Program-made: the position numbers and the translations under genes
The notes under the pieces: generated by a model
Told to the model about the DNA's origin: nothing
Databases searched by the model: none
The model's input: the letters and a program-made list of their open reading frames with translations, nothing else
From: Marivivens sp.
GTDB lineage: Bacteria; Pseudomonadota; Alphaproteobacteria; Rhodobacterales; Rhodobacteraceae
DNA length: 64,000 nt
NCBI GenBank assembly: GCA_023263105.1
Contig: JALQXR010000001.1
Location: 9,891 to 73,890, forward strand
Direction of reading: 5' to 3'
Shown: positions 26,447 through 36,693 of the stretch, piece after piece
How the letters are laid out: every line of letters begins with the position of its first letter
How positions within the stretch are numbered: position 1 is the stretch's first letter

Positions 26447-26971
26447 CTAGGCGCTCCAGATGCGGGGTTGCGTGTCGTAGCTGATGTAGAGCGGGTGCTT
26501 TGGGTGCCCGGCCTTTGACAGGCCCAGCGAATAGAGCGGCCGGTCTGTCCGCCGCAGCAGGGCCTCTACTGCGGGGCCGCGGTCCAGATGCTCTCCGTGC
26601 GTGCCCCATGCGCAGATGACACGGTCGCTGCCGCCCCTGATCCAGTCCCGCGCGCTGTCGGCTATGGAGCGATCATTGGCGACGCCGACCGGATCAGGCT
26701 GGGCGCGCATCACCTTTGGATCGGTGGCGCGATAGGCAAAGATGTTCGTGACGCGGAACGCGCCGAACCCCAGTGCCCGCGCTCGGCGTTCGCAGCGTTC
26801 GACGGTCGGGTCGTTCTGGACTTCGGTCGCTGTGGACGGGTTCAACATCACAAAGAGAGCCCGCGCGCCGCTGTCGTCCCACGTCCGGGTCAAAAGATAG
26901 CGAAAGGCTTCGCACGGTGAATAGACCGCGACGGATGCGGCGTCCCCCTTTTGATGGCTGCGCGTGATCAT
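26447..26971 (-). CDS. DUF1643 domain protein
   Basis: YRYLLTRTWDDSGARALFVMLNPSTA...NDPTVERC...FGAFRVTNIFAYRATDP...HPLY is the characteristic DUF1643 pattern as I recall it. Confidence 0.8.
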   Translation of the reverse strand: MITRSHQKGDAASVAVYSPCEAFRYLLTRTWDDSGARALFVMLNPSTATEVQNDPTVERCERRARALGFGAFRVTNIFAYRATDPKVMRAQPDPVGVANDRSIADSARDWIRGGSDRVICAWGTHGEHLDRGPAVEALLRRTDRPLYSLGLSKAGHPKHPLYISYDTQPRIWSA

Positions 26972-27040
26972 AGGCCCGTCCGCCCCCGTTTAGCGACAGG
27001 ACAAAGTTTGCCTGATCGCGCGGGGCGGTCCAGCGAAAAC

Positions 27041-27955
27041 TCAATCCTCGGGCGCGACAAATACGCGGCTGGGGTGCAGTTCGCCGCCGCGAAAGCTGCC
27101 GACGGCGATCGCTTGGCCGGCGTAGCTGGCCCAACATTCGTCGCCGTATTCAAGGTCTGATGCAAAGACGACAGCGGGGTTGCCGTTGCGCAGGCGCGCG
27201 ATGCTTTCCGGTGGGCAGCGGACTTCGGGCAGGTCGGCCAATCCCTGTTCCAGCGGCAAGAGCCGCGCATCAAGGTCCGGCGTGCGGGCCAATGCATCCA
27301 GCTGATCCAGCGTGATCCCGTCTTCGGCGCGAAACGGGCCGGACCAGATCCGGCGGAGGGATTTCACATGGCCGTAGCATCCCAAAGCCGCGCCCAGATC
27401 CCGCGCGATCGAGCGGACGTAGCCGCCTTTGCCGCAGGTCATCTCTAGCACCACGTGATCGGCGTCCGGTCGGTCGACCATGATCAGTTCTTCGACCCAG
27501 AGCGGTCGGGCGGCGATGTCAAAGTCTTCGTCATCGCGGGCCAGTTTATAGGCGCGCTGTCCGTCGATCTTGACCGCCGAGAATTTCGGCGGGACCTGCA
27601 TGATGTCGCCCACAAAGGGAAGCAGGGCCGCCTTGATCTGCGCGTCTGTCGGGCGGTCGGCAGACGAGGCGATGACCTCGCCCTCGGCGTCGTCGGTGTT
27701 GGTGGCCGCGCCAAGCGTGACGATGAATTCATAGGCCTTCAGGCTGTCGGTGATGTAGGGCACGGTCTTTGTCGCTTCGCCCAGTGCCACGGCCAGAACG
27801 CCGGTTGCTTCGGGGTCCAGCGTGCCCGCATGGCCCGCCTTTTTCGCATCGAAGGCCCAGCGCACCTTATTCACCACCGAAGTCGAGGTGATCCCCGCCG
27901 GTTTGTCCACAACCAGCCAGCCAGAGATGTCGCGGCCTTTTTTCCGTCTGCCCAT
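27041..27955 (-). CDS. truB: tRNA pseudouridine(55) synthase
   Basis: [21 protein letters not shown]...[16 protein letters not shown] catalytic Asp motif. Confidence 0.95.
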   Translation of the reverse strand: MGRRKKGRDISGWLVVDKPAGITSTSVVNKVRWAFDAKKAGHAGTLDPEATGVLAVALGEATKTVPYITDSLKAYEFIVTLGAATNTDDAEGEVIASSADRPTDAQIKAALLPFVGDIMQVPPKFSAVKIDGQRAYKLARDDEDFDIAARPLWVEELIMVDRPDADHVVLEMTCGKGGYVRSIARDLGAALGCYGHVKSLRRIWSGPFRAEDGITLDQLDALARTPDLDARLLPLEQGLADLPEVRCPPESIARLRNGNPAVVFASDLEYGDECWASYAGQAIAVGSFRGGELHPSRVFVAPED

Positions 27956-28024
27956 GTCGGTCCCTTTGGATTCACCCGAGTGATCAAGGCGCGCCTGCTA
28001 CAAAAGCCGGACCCTGCGGTCAAC

Positions 28025-28729
28025 CTATTCCGCGACCAGAACCATCGGCCCCAGCCTGCGGACGCCTCCGTCGCGTCCCATCACAGGTGCATAAAGTCGC
28101 GACACATTGCCATCGAAATAAAGCGCATCGGGGGTTTGCATCGTGTCGCGGAAGAAGCGGGCAAAGTGGTGGAATGTCACCGGAGCGTCCGAAATCGCAA
28201 AAACCACCCGCGTCCCGTCCGCAGAACTGCCGACACCGTTGCGAATGAATCGCGATGTGCTGTCCGGCAGAAAACGGGGGTGCAGGTCGCCACCGATCAC
28301 CAGCATCGGTCCGGATTGGCTGGCATAGCGGCAGTCCGGTCGGTCGACGGCAAAGCGAAGGGTTTCGATGACGCGGGCGCGGCCTTCTTCGATACAGAAG
28401 ACGCCGTTCGGCAACATCCCAAAGTTTCCCGGTCCGCTGCGGGTCACCAGTGGCGTGATCTGGCGGTGGTCTTCGACGAACAGCCCGACGGGCCGCAGGT
28501 CTTGGTGGAACATGCCCGCGTTCATGGCCATCCGTGCCGGTTCGGGCAGGGCATCGAAACCGCCGTAGGGCGTGCCGGTGTCGTCCGCCCAGACCATCAT
28601 GATCCGGTCGGTGCGGGGGTCGGCTTCGCAGTAGGTAAAGGGTGCGCCGTCAAATGTGACAGTGCCGCAGGTCAAGGCCTCGGCGCGGGCTGCAAACAAG
28701 CAGAGCGCCGCGGCCAGCAGGCGTTTCAC
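28025..28729 (-). CDS. phosphodiester glycosidase family protein (DUF2233), secreted
   Basis: Signal peptide (GTG)[17 protein letters not shown]. Body resembles DUF2233/YigE-like proteins (NAGMF...GLFVEDH...[10 protein letters not shown]). The GTG start overlaps the rbfA stop. Confidence 0.7.
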   Translation of the reverse strand: MKRLLAAALCLFAARAEALTCGTVTFDGAPFTYCEADPRTDRIMMVWADDTGTPYGGFDALPEPARMAMNAGMFHQDLRPVGLFVEDHRQITPLVTRSGPGNFGMLPNGVFCIEEGRARVIETLRFAVDRPDCRYASQSGPMLVIGGDLHPRFLPDSTSRFIRNGVGSSADGTRVVFAISDAPVTFHHFARFFRDTMQTPDALYFDGNVSRLYAPVMGRDGGVRRLGPMVLVAE

Positions 28730-29121
28730 TGGTCCAGATCGCGTTTGACGTTGTCCTCGGCCAGAAGCCGCGAGGTTTCTTCCATCTGGTCAAAGGTGGC
28801 GTCCAGCTCGAACCGGAGTTCGGGCGAATGCTTCAGGTTGATCGCCTTGGCGACGATATGGCGAAGCTCTCCCCTGTTGCGGCGGATCGCGGTCAGGGCT
28901 TCGTCCTTGTTCCTTCCGCCCAACGGCAGGATGAACGCGGTCGCATAACGCAGGTCGGCCGAGCAGCGCACCTCGCCCACGGTGATCATCATCCGTGTCA
29001 GGTCCGGATCGTGCAGTTCGCCGCGCTGAAGAGCTTCGGACAACGTGCGGCGGATCAGTTCCGCGACGCGGAGCTGGCGGTGGCCCGGAGCGGAGCCTTT
29101 GGAGGAGCGGTTCTTGGTCAT
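28726..29121 (-). CDS. rbfA: ribosome-binding factor A
   Basis: [27 protein letters not shown]...[25 protein letters not shown] trimmed the start to ATG 29121 from the 320-aa ORF. Confidence 0.92.
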   Translation of the reverse strand: MTKNRSSKGSAPGHRQLRVAELIRRTLSEALQRGELHDPDLTRMMITVGEVRCSADLRYATAFILPLGGRNKDEALTAIRRNRGELRHIVAKAINLKHSPELRFELDATFDQMEETSRLLAEDNVKRDLDQ

Positions 29122-29211
29122 GGCGACCACATAGGCCCGAAACACGCTCTTGCCAAGCGGGGCTATGCCGCGCAGACAGGGAATAAGGGAATACAAAAGA
29201 AGGGCGCAGCC

Positions 29212-30021
29212 ATGACGGACAAGCCAGGAGTCGTGATAACAGGGGCATCGGGGCGAATGGGCCAGATGCTGATCAAACTCGTGCTGGCCTCTGACAAGCT
29301 GCGGCTGGTCGGCGCGGTCGAGCGAGAGGGCCACGACTGGGTCGGCAAGGATCTGGGAGTCGCGATGGGCGGTGCCGCGAATGGCGTGCCGGTCACCGAC
29401 GATCCGATCGAAGTCTTTGCAAAGGCGCAGGCGGTGATCGACTTTACCTCTCCCGCTGCGACGGTGGCTTTTGCCGCCTTGGCCGCGCAGGCGCGTGCGG
29501 TCCATGTGATCGGCACGACCGGACTGACCGACGACGATCTGGCAAAGATTGCCGCCGCCGCGCGACACGCGGTCGTCGTCAGGGCCGGTAATATGTCGCT
29601 GGGTGTGAACCTTTTGGTGCAGCTGACAAAGAAGGTCGCCGCCGCGCTGGATGACGATTTCGACATCGAAGTGATCGAGTCCCACCACAACCGCAAGGTC
29701 GATGCCCCGTCCGGCACGGCCCTGATGCTGGGCGAAGCCGCCGCCGAAGGGCGCGGTGTAGACCTAAAGACGGTGTCGGATCGCGGGCGCGACGGCATCA
29801 CCGGCGCACGGAAACGCGGCGACATCGGCTTTACCGCGATCCGTGGGGGCGACATCGTTGGCGAACACGACGTGATGTTCGCAGCGGACGGTGAACGCGT
29901 GGTCCTGCGTCACATCGCGACCGACCGCGCGGTTTTTGCGCGCGGCGCGATCAAGGCGGCGCTTTGGGGGCAGGACAAGCGTCCGGGCGAATATTCGATG
30001 CTCGACGTGCTTGGGCTCTGA
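29212..30021 (+). CDS. dapB: 4-hydroxy-tetrahydrodipicolinate reductase
   Basis: [15 protein letters not shown]...[19 protein letters not shown] signature. Confidence 0.95.
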   Translation: MTDKPGVVITGASGRMGQMLIKLVLASDKLRLVGAVEREGHDWVGKDLGVAMGGAANGVPVTDDPIEVFAKAQAVIDFTSPAATVAFAALAAQARAVHVIGTTGLTDDDLAKIAAAARHAVVVRAGNMSLGVNLLVQLTKKVAAALDDDFDIEVIESHHNRKVDAPSGTALMLGEAAAEGRGVDLKTVSDRGRDGITGARKRGDIGFTAIRGGDIVGEHDVMFAADGERVVLRHIATDRAVFARGAIKAALWGQDKRPGEYSMLDVLGL

Positions 30022-30103
30022 TCCGATCGGGCTGACCCGCCACAATTGATCCACCGTCGATGCTGGCGCGTATTCCTTTCGACACCCGAAAGGAGACACC
30101 GCC

Positions 30104-30481
30104 ATGTTTGCACGTCAAATCGCCTTAGCCGGTCTGTTGGTCGGCTCCGCCACCGCGAGCGTTGCGGCTCAGGATTTCAGTGTCGTCGCCGAACGTGACG
30201 CCTTTGTCACGATGCTAGAGGGAAAAGACCTCCGGCTCGGGCTTTTGGGAATCACGTTGGTCGTCGCCCCCGACGGCACCATCGCCGGAGAGGCCATGGG
30301 CTGGCCGATCACCGGCACATGGGAATGGATCGACGGAGCGTTCTGTCGCGAAATGGACTGGGGTGGCAAGCCGATCGTCTATAATTGCCAGTTGGTCGAG
30401 ACCCGCGGCGGGCGTGACATGCGGTTTACCGTGGACCGTGGCGCAGGCGAAAGCGCGACGTTCCGGATGCGGGACCGCTAG
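30104..30481 (+). CDS. hypothetical exported protein
   Basis: Signal peptide MFARQIALAGLLVGSATASVAAQ; 125 aa. I recognised no family. Confidence 0.6.
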   Translation: MFARQIALAGLLVGSATASVAAQDFSVVAERDAFVTMLEGKDLRLGLLGITLVVAPDGTIAGEAMGWPITGTWEWIDGAFCREMDWGGKPIVYNCQLVETRGGRDMRFTVDRGAGESATFRMRDR

Positions 30482-30504
30482 GACGACTGGCGCCCGCGAA
30501 CCGG

Positions 30505-30687
30505 CTAAAAGTCGATCGCGATTCCCTTTTTCTCCCAATCGCCAAAGCGCACGGGCTCGGGTCCGTCGCGTCCGCCCAGTTCGGTCGGCATCGGAGCGGC
30601 CTTTTCGGCGGCCTTGCGGCGCTGCTCGGCCTCTTTCAGCGCGCGCTGGGCGGCGGGGGGCAGGTCGGTCTTGGTCTTTTCGGTCAT
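30505..30687 (-). CDS. DUF1674 protein (SDHAF4-like small protein)
   Basis: 60 aa, MTEKTKTDLPPAAQRALKEAEQRRKAAE...GGRDGPEPVRFGDWEKKGIAIDF. The C-terminal GDWE..G...DF motif is typical of DUF1674. Confidence 0.75.
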   Translation of the reverse strand: MTEKTKTDLPPAAQRALKEAEQRRKAAEKAAPMPTELGGRDGPEPVRFGDWEKKGIAIDF

Positions 30688-30792
30688 CGCAGGTCCAGAG
30701 CCGTGGGCATTTCGGTGTCGTGACAAGTCGCGCGGGTTGTGGCGCTGACACTTGTGATATACGGACGCCCATCCAAGGCTCAAGAGGACGAA

Positions 30793-32070
30793 ATGACCCA
30801 AGCCGGACTAGCCCCCCGTATCGCGGCCCACAGGCTGCTGGACATGATCACGACCGAAGGCCGCCTGCTGACCGAGGCGATGGCGACAGGCGTGCTGGAC
30901 CGGTTGTCGCCAGAGGACCGCGCCCGCGCGCAGCGACTGGCCGTGGATACCCTGCGTCACGCCGACCGTGCCGACCGGATGCTCAAGCCGTTCATGGCAA
31001 AACGCCCGCCGCTGTCGGTTCGCAACGCTCTGCGGTTGGGCACGGTTGAAATCTGGCATGCCGGAGAGGCCGCGCACGGCGTGGTCAACGCCTATGTCGA
31101 AATCGTGGGCCACGACAAAAAGTCGAGCGGGATGAAGGGGCTGGTCAACGCAGTCCTGCGCCGCGTCTCCGAAGAACGCCCGGGCGCATGGGATCGCCTG
31201 CCGACCCCGCGCCTGCCGGACTGGTTGCGCGGACCCCTGATCGACGCATGGGGAAAAGAGGCGATCGCCGGCTTTGAAACCGCACACGCTGCGGGGGCCG
31301 CTCTTGATCTGACTGTAAAGTCCGATGCCGAAGGCTGGGCGAAAAAGCTGGGCGGCACAGTTTTGCCGACCGGCTCGGTCCGGATCGCGGGCGGCGGACA
31401 GGTCACCGCGATGGAGGGTTACGACACCGGCGACTGGTGGGTGCAGGACGCGGCAGCGGCGATTCCCGCGCGGATGCTGGCGGCGCAGTCCGGCGAAAGG
31501 GTGCTGGACCTGTGTTCCGCGCCCGGCGGCAAGACGATGCAGCTTTCCGCGGCCGGAGCAGAGGTCACGGCGGTCGACATCTCGGCGGCGCGGCTTGAAC
31601 GGGTGGCGGCGAACCTTGCCCGCTGCGGGCTTGCGGCGACGGTCGTGGCCTTTGACGCCATGGCTTATGACGAAGGCGGCTGGGACGCCATCCTGCTGGA
31701 CGCGCCGTGCTCTGCGACCGGCACCATTCGCCGCCACCCCGACCTGCCGCATTGCAAGGACGGGTCCGAATTCGGCGAACTGATCGCAATGCAGGAAGCC
31801 ATGATCGACCACGCCCTGACGCTGCTGAAACCCGGCGGCAGGCTTGTGTTCTGTACGTGCAGCCTTTTGCCCGACGAAGGCGAAGTTCAGGTCGAAGAAG
31901 CGCTAGAGCGTCACCCCGGACTGACGATCGATGCGCCCGACGCCGCAGGCTTGGGGCTGTCGCCCGACTGGATCAGCCCCGAAGGCGGGCTAAGGCTTCG
32001 TCCCGACTATTGGCCCGACCTTGGTGGCATGGACGGCTTCTTTGCTGCGGTCCTGCGAAAGCCCGCGTGA
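30793..32070 (+). CDS. RsmB/NOP2/Sun-family SAM-dependent RNA (cytosine-C5) methyltransferase
   Basis: VLDLCSAPGGKT SAM motif, ILLDAPCSATGTIRRHPD and LVFCTCSL catalytic Cys motifs. Confidence 0.85.
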   Translation: MTQAGLAPRIAAHRLLDMITTEGRLLTEAMATGVLDRLSPEDRARAQRLAVDTLRHADRADRMLKPFMAKRPPLSVRNALRLGTVEIWHAGEAAHGVVNAYVEIVGHDKKSSGMKGLVNAVLRRVSEERPGAWDRLPTPRLPDWLRGPLIDAWGKEAIAGFETAHAAGAALDLTVKSDAEGWAKKLGGTVLPTGSVRIAGGGQVTAMEGYDTGDWWVQDAAAAIPARMLAAQSGERVLDLCSAPGGKTMQLSAAGAEVTAVDISAARLERVAANLARCGLAATVVAFDAMAYDEGGWDAILLDAPCSATGTIRRHPDLPHCKDGSEFGELIAMQEAMIDHALTLLKPGGRLVFCTCSLLPDEGEVQVEEALERHPGLTIDAPDAAGLGLSPDWISPEGGLRLRPDYWPDLGGMDGFFAAVLRKPA

Positions 32071-32143
32071 CTTGGTCCGCGCCGCCCCCTATCATGTGAC
32101 GGCAGAACAAGATTAGACCGACGCAGACAGAGGCAGCAGAAAC

Positions 32144-33898
32144 TTGGCCAAGACGCAGACCTGGCGTGCGCGTCGCACGCAGTTCATGCACCGCGTCCAC
32201 GCGCGGCTTGCTGCGCGTGCCAAATTGCCAAGCGGCTTTGTGTCCCAACCCGAGCCCCGATCCATCGGGCGCTATGTGCGCGGACGCCAGCTTACTGCGG
32301 GTAACTTCCTGTTTTCAGGACAACTTATCGAAGCGCCCGACAGTTCGATCTGGGACATAGACGCGACCGAGCCGCATATCGTCAGCGAACTGCACGGGTT
32401 CGCGTGGCTGGATGATCTGGCCGCAGTCGGAGACGGGAAGGCCCGCCAAAAAGCGCAGGACTGGGTCTTTGACTGGATCGAAAGATACGGCGACGGCGGC
32501 GGCCCCGGCTGGACCCCCGATCTGGCGGGCAGGCGGCTGATCCGCTGGATCAACCATGCGTTCTTCATTCTGCGCGGGCAGACGCGCGGCGGATCGGAAT
32601 TGTTTTTCCAGTCGCTGGCACGGCAAGCGCTGTTTCTGTCGCGCCGCTGGAAACGGGCAAGCCCCGGCCTGCCAAGGTTCGAGGCGCTTTCGGGCATGGT
32701 CTATGCGGGCCTGTCTCTCGAAGGCATGTCCCACCATGTCGCGCCCGCACTCAAGGCGCTGGCGCAGGATTGCGAAACCCAGATCGACCGCGAAGGCGGC
32801 ATCCCGACCCGCAACCCCGAAGAACTGCTCGAGGTTTTCACCCTGCTCAACTGGGCGGCGCTGGCGCTGGACGAAAGCAAACTTGCCCAGCCCGAAGAAC
32901 TGATGCGCGCGATTTCGCGGATTGCGCCGACCCTGCGCGCGCTGCGGCACGCGGATGGCGGTTTGGCGCGGTTCCATGGCGGAGGCCGTGGCATCGACGG
33001 GCGGCTGGACCACGCGCTGTCCAGTTCCGGTTCAAAGACCCGCGCGGGCGACGGCTTGCACATGGGGTTCGCGCGTATCCAGTCGGGGCGCACCACGCTG
33101 ATCGTGGACGCGGCGCCTCCGCCAAAGGACGAAGCAAGTTATGACGCCCATGCCTCGACGCTTGCGTTCGAACTGACCTCGGGGCGGCGGCCACTGATCG
33201 TCAATTGCGGATCGGGCCAGAGTTTCGGAGAGGACTGGCGCCGCGCCGGTCGGGCGACTGCCAGCCATTCGACCCTTGCCATCGACGGGTATTCTTCGTC
33301 GCTTCTGGGCGCGCCAAGCCGACTGGACGGCCTGCGCCACGAACTTTTGTCCCAGACCCCCGGTTCGGTGGTGATCGAGGAAACGCAGTTGCAGGACGGT
33401 GTCCGGCTAGAGGTAGGGCACGACGGCTACCGGCGAACACATGGGCTGACCCACGCGCGGACGCTTGAACTTAGCCTCGACGGGCGGTCGCTGGTCGGTG
33501 AGGACCTGCTGACCACGCTCAGCGACGGCGACAAATCGCGATTCGATCGTGCGATGGACCGCGAGAAACTGCAGGGAATGTCGTTCGCCGTCCGGTTCCA
33601 CCTGCATCCCGAGGTCGACGCGCAGGTCGATTTGGGGGGCGCGGCGATCAGTCTCACACTCAAGAGCGGCGAAATCTGGATATTCCGCCATGACGGGGTT
33701 GCGACGATGACTCTGGAGCCCTCGGTCTACCTTGAAAACGGTCGTCTGAAGCCGCGTTCTTCGCAACAGGTGGTTTTATCCGCCCGCGCAATGTCATATG
33801 CGACGCGCGTCCGATGGTCTTTGGCCAAGGCGCAGGACACGCCCAACACGCTGCGCGATCTGGTTCAGGACGAACGGTCGGACGTTCAATTCGAGTGA
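32144..33898 (+). CDS. heparinase II/III-like family protein
   Basis: [15 protein letters not shown]...[14 protein letters not shown]...[12 protein letters not shown], the usual alphaproteobacterial gene upstream of purH. The start is TTG 32144 or ATG 32186. Confidence 0.8.
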   Translation: MAKTQTWRARRTQFMHRVHARLAARAKLPSGFVSQPEPRSIGRYVRGRQLTAGNFLFSGQLIEAPDSSIWDIDATEPHIVSELHGFAWLDDLAAVGDGKARQKAQDWVFDWIERYGDGGGPGWTPDLAGRRLIRWINHAFFILRGQTRGGSELFFQSLARQALFLSRRWKRASPGLPRFEALSGMVYAGLSLEGMSHHVAPALKALAQDCETQIDREGGIPTRNPEELLEVFTLLNWAALALDESKLAQPEELMRAISRIAPTLRALRHADGGLARFHGGGRGIDGRLDHALSSSGSKTRAGDGLHMGFARIQSGRTTLIVDAAPPPKDEASYDAHASTLAFELTSGRRPLIVNCGSGQSFGEDWRRAGRATASHSTLAIDGYSSSLLGAPSRLDGLRHELLSQTPGSVVIEETQLQDGVRLEVGHDGYRRTHGLTHARTLELSLDGRSLVGEDLLTTLSDGDKSRFDRAMDREKLQGMSFAVRFHLHPEVDAQVDLGGAAISLTLKSGEIWIFRHDGVATMTLEPSVYLENGRLKPRSSQQVVLSARAMSYATRVRWSLAKAQDTPNTLRDLVQDERSDVQFE

Positions 33899-33914
33899 CC
33901 TCGCGAGGATCCCG

Positions 33915-35504
33915 ATGACCACGAACCTGCCTATCCGCCGTGCCCTGTTGTCCGTTTCGGACAAGACCGGACTGATTGATCTTGCCCGTGCGCTGGTCCA
34001 GCGAGGGGTCGAGCTTTTGTCCACCGGCGGTTCGGCCAAGGCGATCCGCGAGGCGGGGCTTCCCGTGCGGGATGTCTTTGAAATCACCGGCTTCCCCGAA
34101 ATGATGGATGGTCGCGTCAAGACGCTGCATCCGATGGTGCATGGCGGCCTGCTGGCGCTGCGGGACGACCCGTCCCACGTCGCCGCGATGGAGAAGCACA
34201 ACATCGGTCCGATCGACCTGTTGGTGGTGAACCTCTATCCCTTCGAAGCGACGGTGGCCAAAGGCGCGGATTATGACACCTGCGTCGAAAACATCGACAT
34301 TGGCGGGCCCGCGATGATTCGTGCCGCGGCAAAGAACCATGCCTATGTGACCGTGGTCACCGACGTGCAGGACTATGACGCGCTGCTGGGCGATATGGAT
34401 CAGCATGACGGCGCGACCTGCCCGAAATTCCGCCGCAAGCTCGCGCAGACCGCCTATGCGCGCACCGCGGCCTATGACACCGCGGTCAGCACGTGGCTTG
34501 CCGGCGAACTGCACCTAGAAGCGCCGCGCCGCCGCGCCTTTGCAGGCGAGATCGCCCAGACGCTCCGCTACGGCGAAAACCCGCACCAGACAGCGGCGTT
34601 CTACACCGATGGCTCTAACCGGCCCGGCGTGGCGACTGCCGTGCAGCATCAGGGCAAAGAGCTGTCCTACAACAACATCAACGACACCGACGCGGCGTTT
34701 GAACTGGTGGCCGAATTCGATCCGGCGGACGGGCCTGCCTGTGCGATCATCAAACATGCGAACCCCTGTGGCGTGGCGCGTGGCAAGACGTTGGTCGAAG
34801 CCTATAAGGCCGCCTTTGACTGCGACCGCACCAGCGCCTTTGGCGGCATCGTGGCGTTGAACATGCCGCTGGACGCTGACACCGCACGCGAAATCACCGG
34901 CATCTTTACAGAGGTGGTGATCGCTCCGGGGGCCAGCGACGAAGCGAAACAGATTTTCGCCGCCAAAAAGAACCTGCGCCTCCTGACCACCGATGCGCTG
35001 CCCGACCCCAAGGCAGGCGGCCTGGCCGTCCGTCAGGTTGCCGGCGGCCTGCTGGTTCAGGATAAGGACAACGGTCATGTGGGCATGGACGACCTGAAAG
35101 TCGTGACCAAAGTCGCCCCGACACCTGACCAGATGGCCGACCTTCTGTTTGCTTGGAAAGTCGCCAAGCATGTGAAATCCAACGCAATCGTTTATGTGCG
35201 CGACAAGGCGACCGTGGGCGTCGGCGCGGGCCAGATGAGCCGCGTGGACAGCGCGCTGATCGCCGCCAAAAAGGCAGAGCGCATGGCCGATGCGCTGGGT
35301 CTGCCAGAGCCGCTGACCAAAGGATCGGCTGTCGCCTCGGACGCCTTTTTCCCATTTGCCGACGGCCTGCTAGAAGCCGCTGCCGCAGGCGCGACCTGTG
35401 TGATCCAGCCCGGAGGCTCCATGCGGGACGACGAAGTGATCGCAGCCGCGGACGAGGCGGGCATCGCCATGGTCTTTACCGGCATGCGCCATTTCCGGCA
35501 CTGA
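33915..35504 (+). CDS. purH: bifunctional AICAR formyltransferase / IMP cyclohydrolase
   Basis: [20 protein letters not shown]...STGGSAK...GRVKTLHP...FTGMRHFRH. Confidence 0.97.
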   Translation: MTTNLPIRRALLSVSDKTGLIDLARALVQRGVELLSTGGSAKAIREAGLPVRDVFEITGFPEMMDGRVKTLHPMVHGGLLALRDDPSHVAAMEKHNIGPIDLLVVNLYPFEATVAKGADYDTCVENIDIGGPAMIRAAAKNHAYVTVVTDVQDYDALLGDMDQHDGATCPKFRRKLAQTAYARTAAYDTAVSTWLAGELHLEAPRRRAFAGEIAQTLRYGENPHQTAAFYTDGSNRPGVATAVQHQGKELSYNNINDTDAAFELVAEFDPADGPACAIIKHANPCGVARGKTLVEAYKAAFDCDRTSAFGGIVALNMPLDADTAREITGIFTEVVIAPGASDEAKQIFAAKKNLRLLTTDALPDPKAGGLAVRQVAGGLLVQDKDNGHVGMDDLKVVTKVAPTPDQMADLLFAWKVAKHVKSNAIVYVRDKATVGVGAGQMSRVDSALIAAKKAERMADALGLPEPLTKGSAVASDAFFPFADGLLEAAAAGATCVIQPGGSMRDDEVIAAADEAGIAMVFTGMRHFRH

Positions 35505-35528
35505 ACGGGGCAAGGCAAAGGGCAAACA

Positions 35529-36026
35529 ATGAGCATCCTGCGTGGCATGAGACTGACCTACTGGACCGCGTTCTGGGTCTTCCTCGCCGATCAGGCGACA
35601 AAGTACTTTGTCGTTCACTGGCTGGGGCTGCTTGACGCGGGGCGGATCGAGGTGCTGCCGCCGTTTCTGGAATTCCGGATGGCGTGGAACCGTGGGGTGA
35701 ACTTTGGCCTGTTCGCGAACCATGACCCGCGGTGGATCCTGATCGGCATTGCGTTTGTCATCACCGGTTTTGTGATCTGGTGGCTTCACCGCGAAGGCGG
35801 GACCAAATGGGTCCATATCGCGGGTGGCTTCCTGATCGGCGGGGCCGCGGGCAATGTGATCGACCGGCTTTTGTACGGCGCCGTTGCGGATTTCCTGAAC
35901 ATGTCCTGCTGCGGGATTGATAACCCCTATGCCTTCAATATTGCCGATGTGGCGATCTTTGGCGGTGCTCTGGGACTTGCGCTTTTGGGCGGGGACCGCA
36001 AAGGTAACACGGGGTCCCGGACCTGA
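35529..36026 (+). CDS. lspA: lipoprotein signal peptidase II
   Basis: ADQATKYFV...NRGVNFG...[17 protein letters not shown]...FNIADVAI motifs. Confidence 0.92.
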   Translation: MSILRGMRLTYWTAFWVFLADQATKYFVVHWLGLLDAGRIEVLPPFLEFRMAWNRGVNFGLFANHDPRWILIGIAFVITGFVIWWLHREGGTKWVHIAGGFLIGGAAGNVIDRLLYGAVADFLNMSCCGIDNPYAFNIADVAIFGGALGLALLGGDRKGNTGSRT

Positions 36027-36101
36027 ACCGGCAATAAGACCCCGTGACGCCGCGCCCATCACGCGCTAAACACGTCACAAGTGCGACCGGAAGGGGGACC
36101 A

Positions 36102-36611
36102 ATGCGCGCCACGATATTCGCAGCAGCGACCCTGTTGACCCTTGCCGCCTGCGGTGGCGGGCAAGGCTTCCTGCCGTCGTCCAACACCGGCCCCGGGCCT
36201 GACGAATTCGGCGTTCTGCCGTCGCTCCCCCTGACGATGCCTGCCCAATCCGCGAGCCTGCCGGCTCCGACACCGGGCGGCACCAACCGTGCCGACCCGA
36301 ACCCCGCCTCAGGCGCGGTCGTGGCGCTGGGCGGCCGTGCCTCGGCGATTAATGCGGGCGGTATCCCTGCGGCAGATGCGGCCTTGGTCGCGGCGGCGGG
36401 CCGTTATGGCATCGATCCCGGCATCCGCGCGACTCTGGCAGCCGAAGATGAAAGGTTCCGCCGGACCCGTGGCCGACTGGGAGTTTTCAACATTTTCGGC
36501 GGTAACCGCTACTATAGCGCCTATGCCCGCTATTCGCTGGACGCCTATGCCGAACTTGCGCGATTCCAGAGCCTCGGGGTTCAGGTTCCTTCGGCACCTC
36601 CGGCGAACTGA
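36102..36611 (+). CDS. DUF3035 lipoprotein
   Basis: Lipobox LLTLAAC in MRATIFAAATLLTLAACGGG, followed by PDEFGVLPSLPL, typical of DUF3035. Confidence 0.75.
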   Translation: MRATIFAAATLLTLAACGGGQGFLPSSNTGPGPDEFGVLPSLPLTMPAQSASLPAPTPGGTNRADPNPASGAVVALGGRASAINAGGIPAADAALVAAAGRYGIDPGIRATLAAEDERFRRTRGRLGVFNIFGGNRYYSAYARYSLDAYAELARFQSLGVQVPSAPPAN

Positions 36612-36693
36612 CCGCTCACTCACCGTTGACTTGAAGCCTGCCGGTTTGCGGCTAGGCTTACTCCTGTCCGCAATCTGACCGGAGGCCCCGCCC

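Noticed and set aside
29122-29688. N-terminal extension of the 320-aa minus ORF containing rbfA
   Set aside because: RbfA homology starts at ATG 29121. The extension is antisense to dapB and has no motifs.
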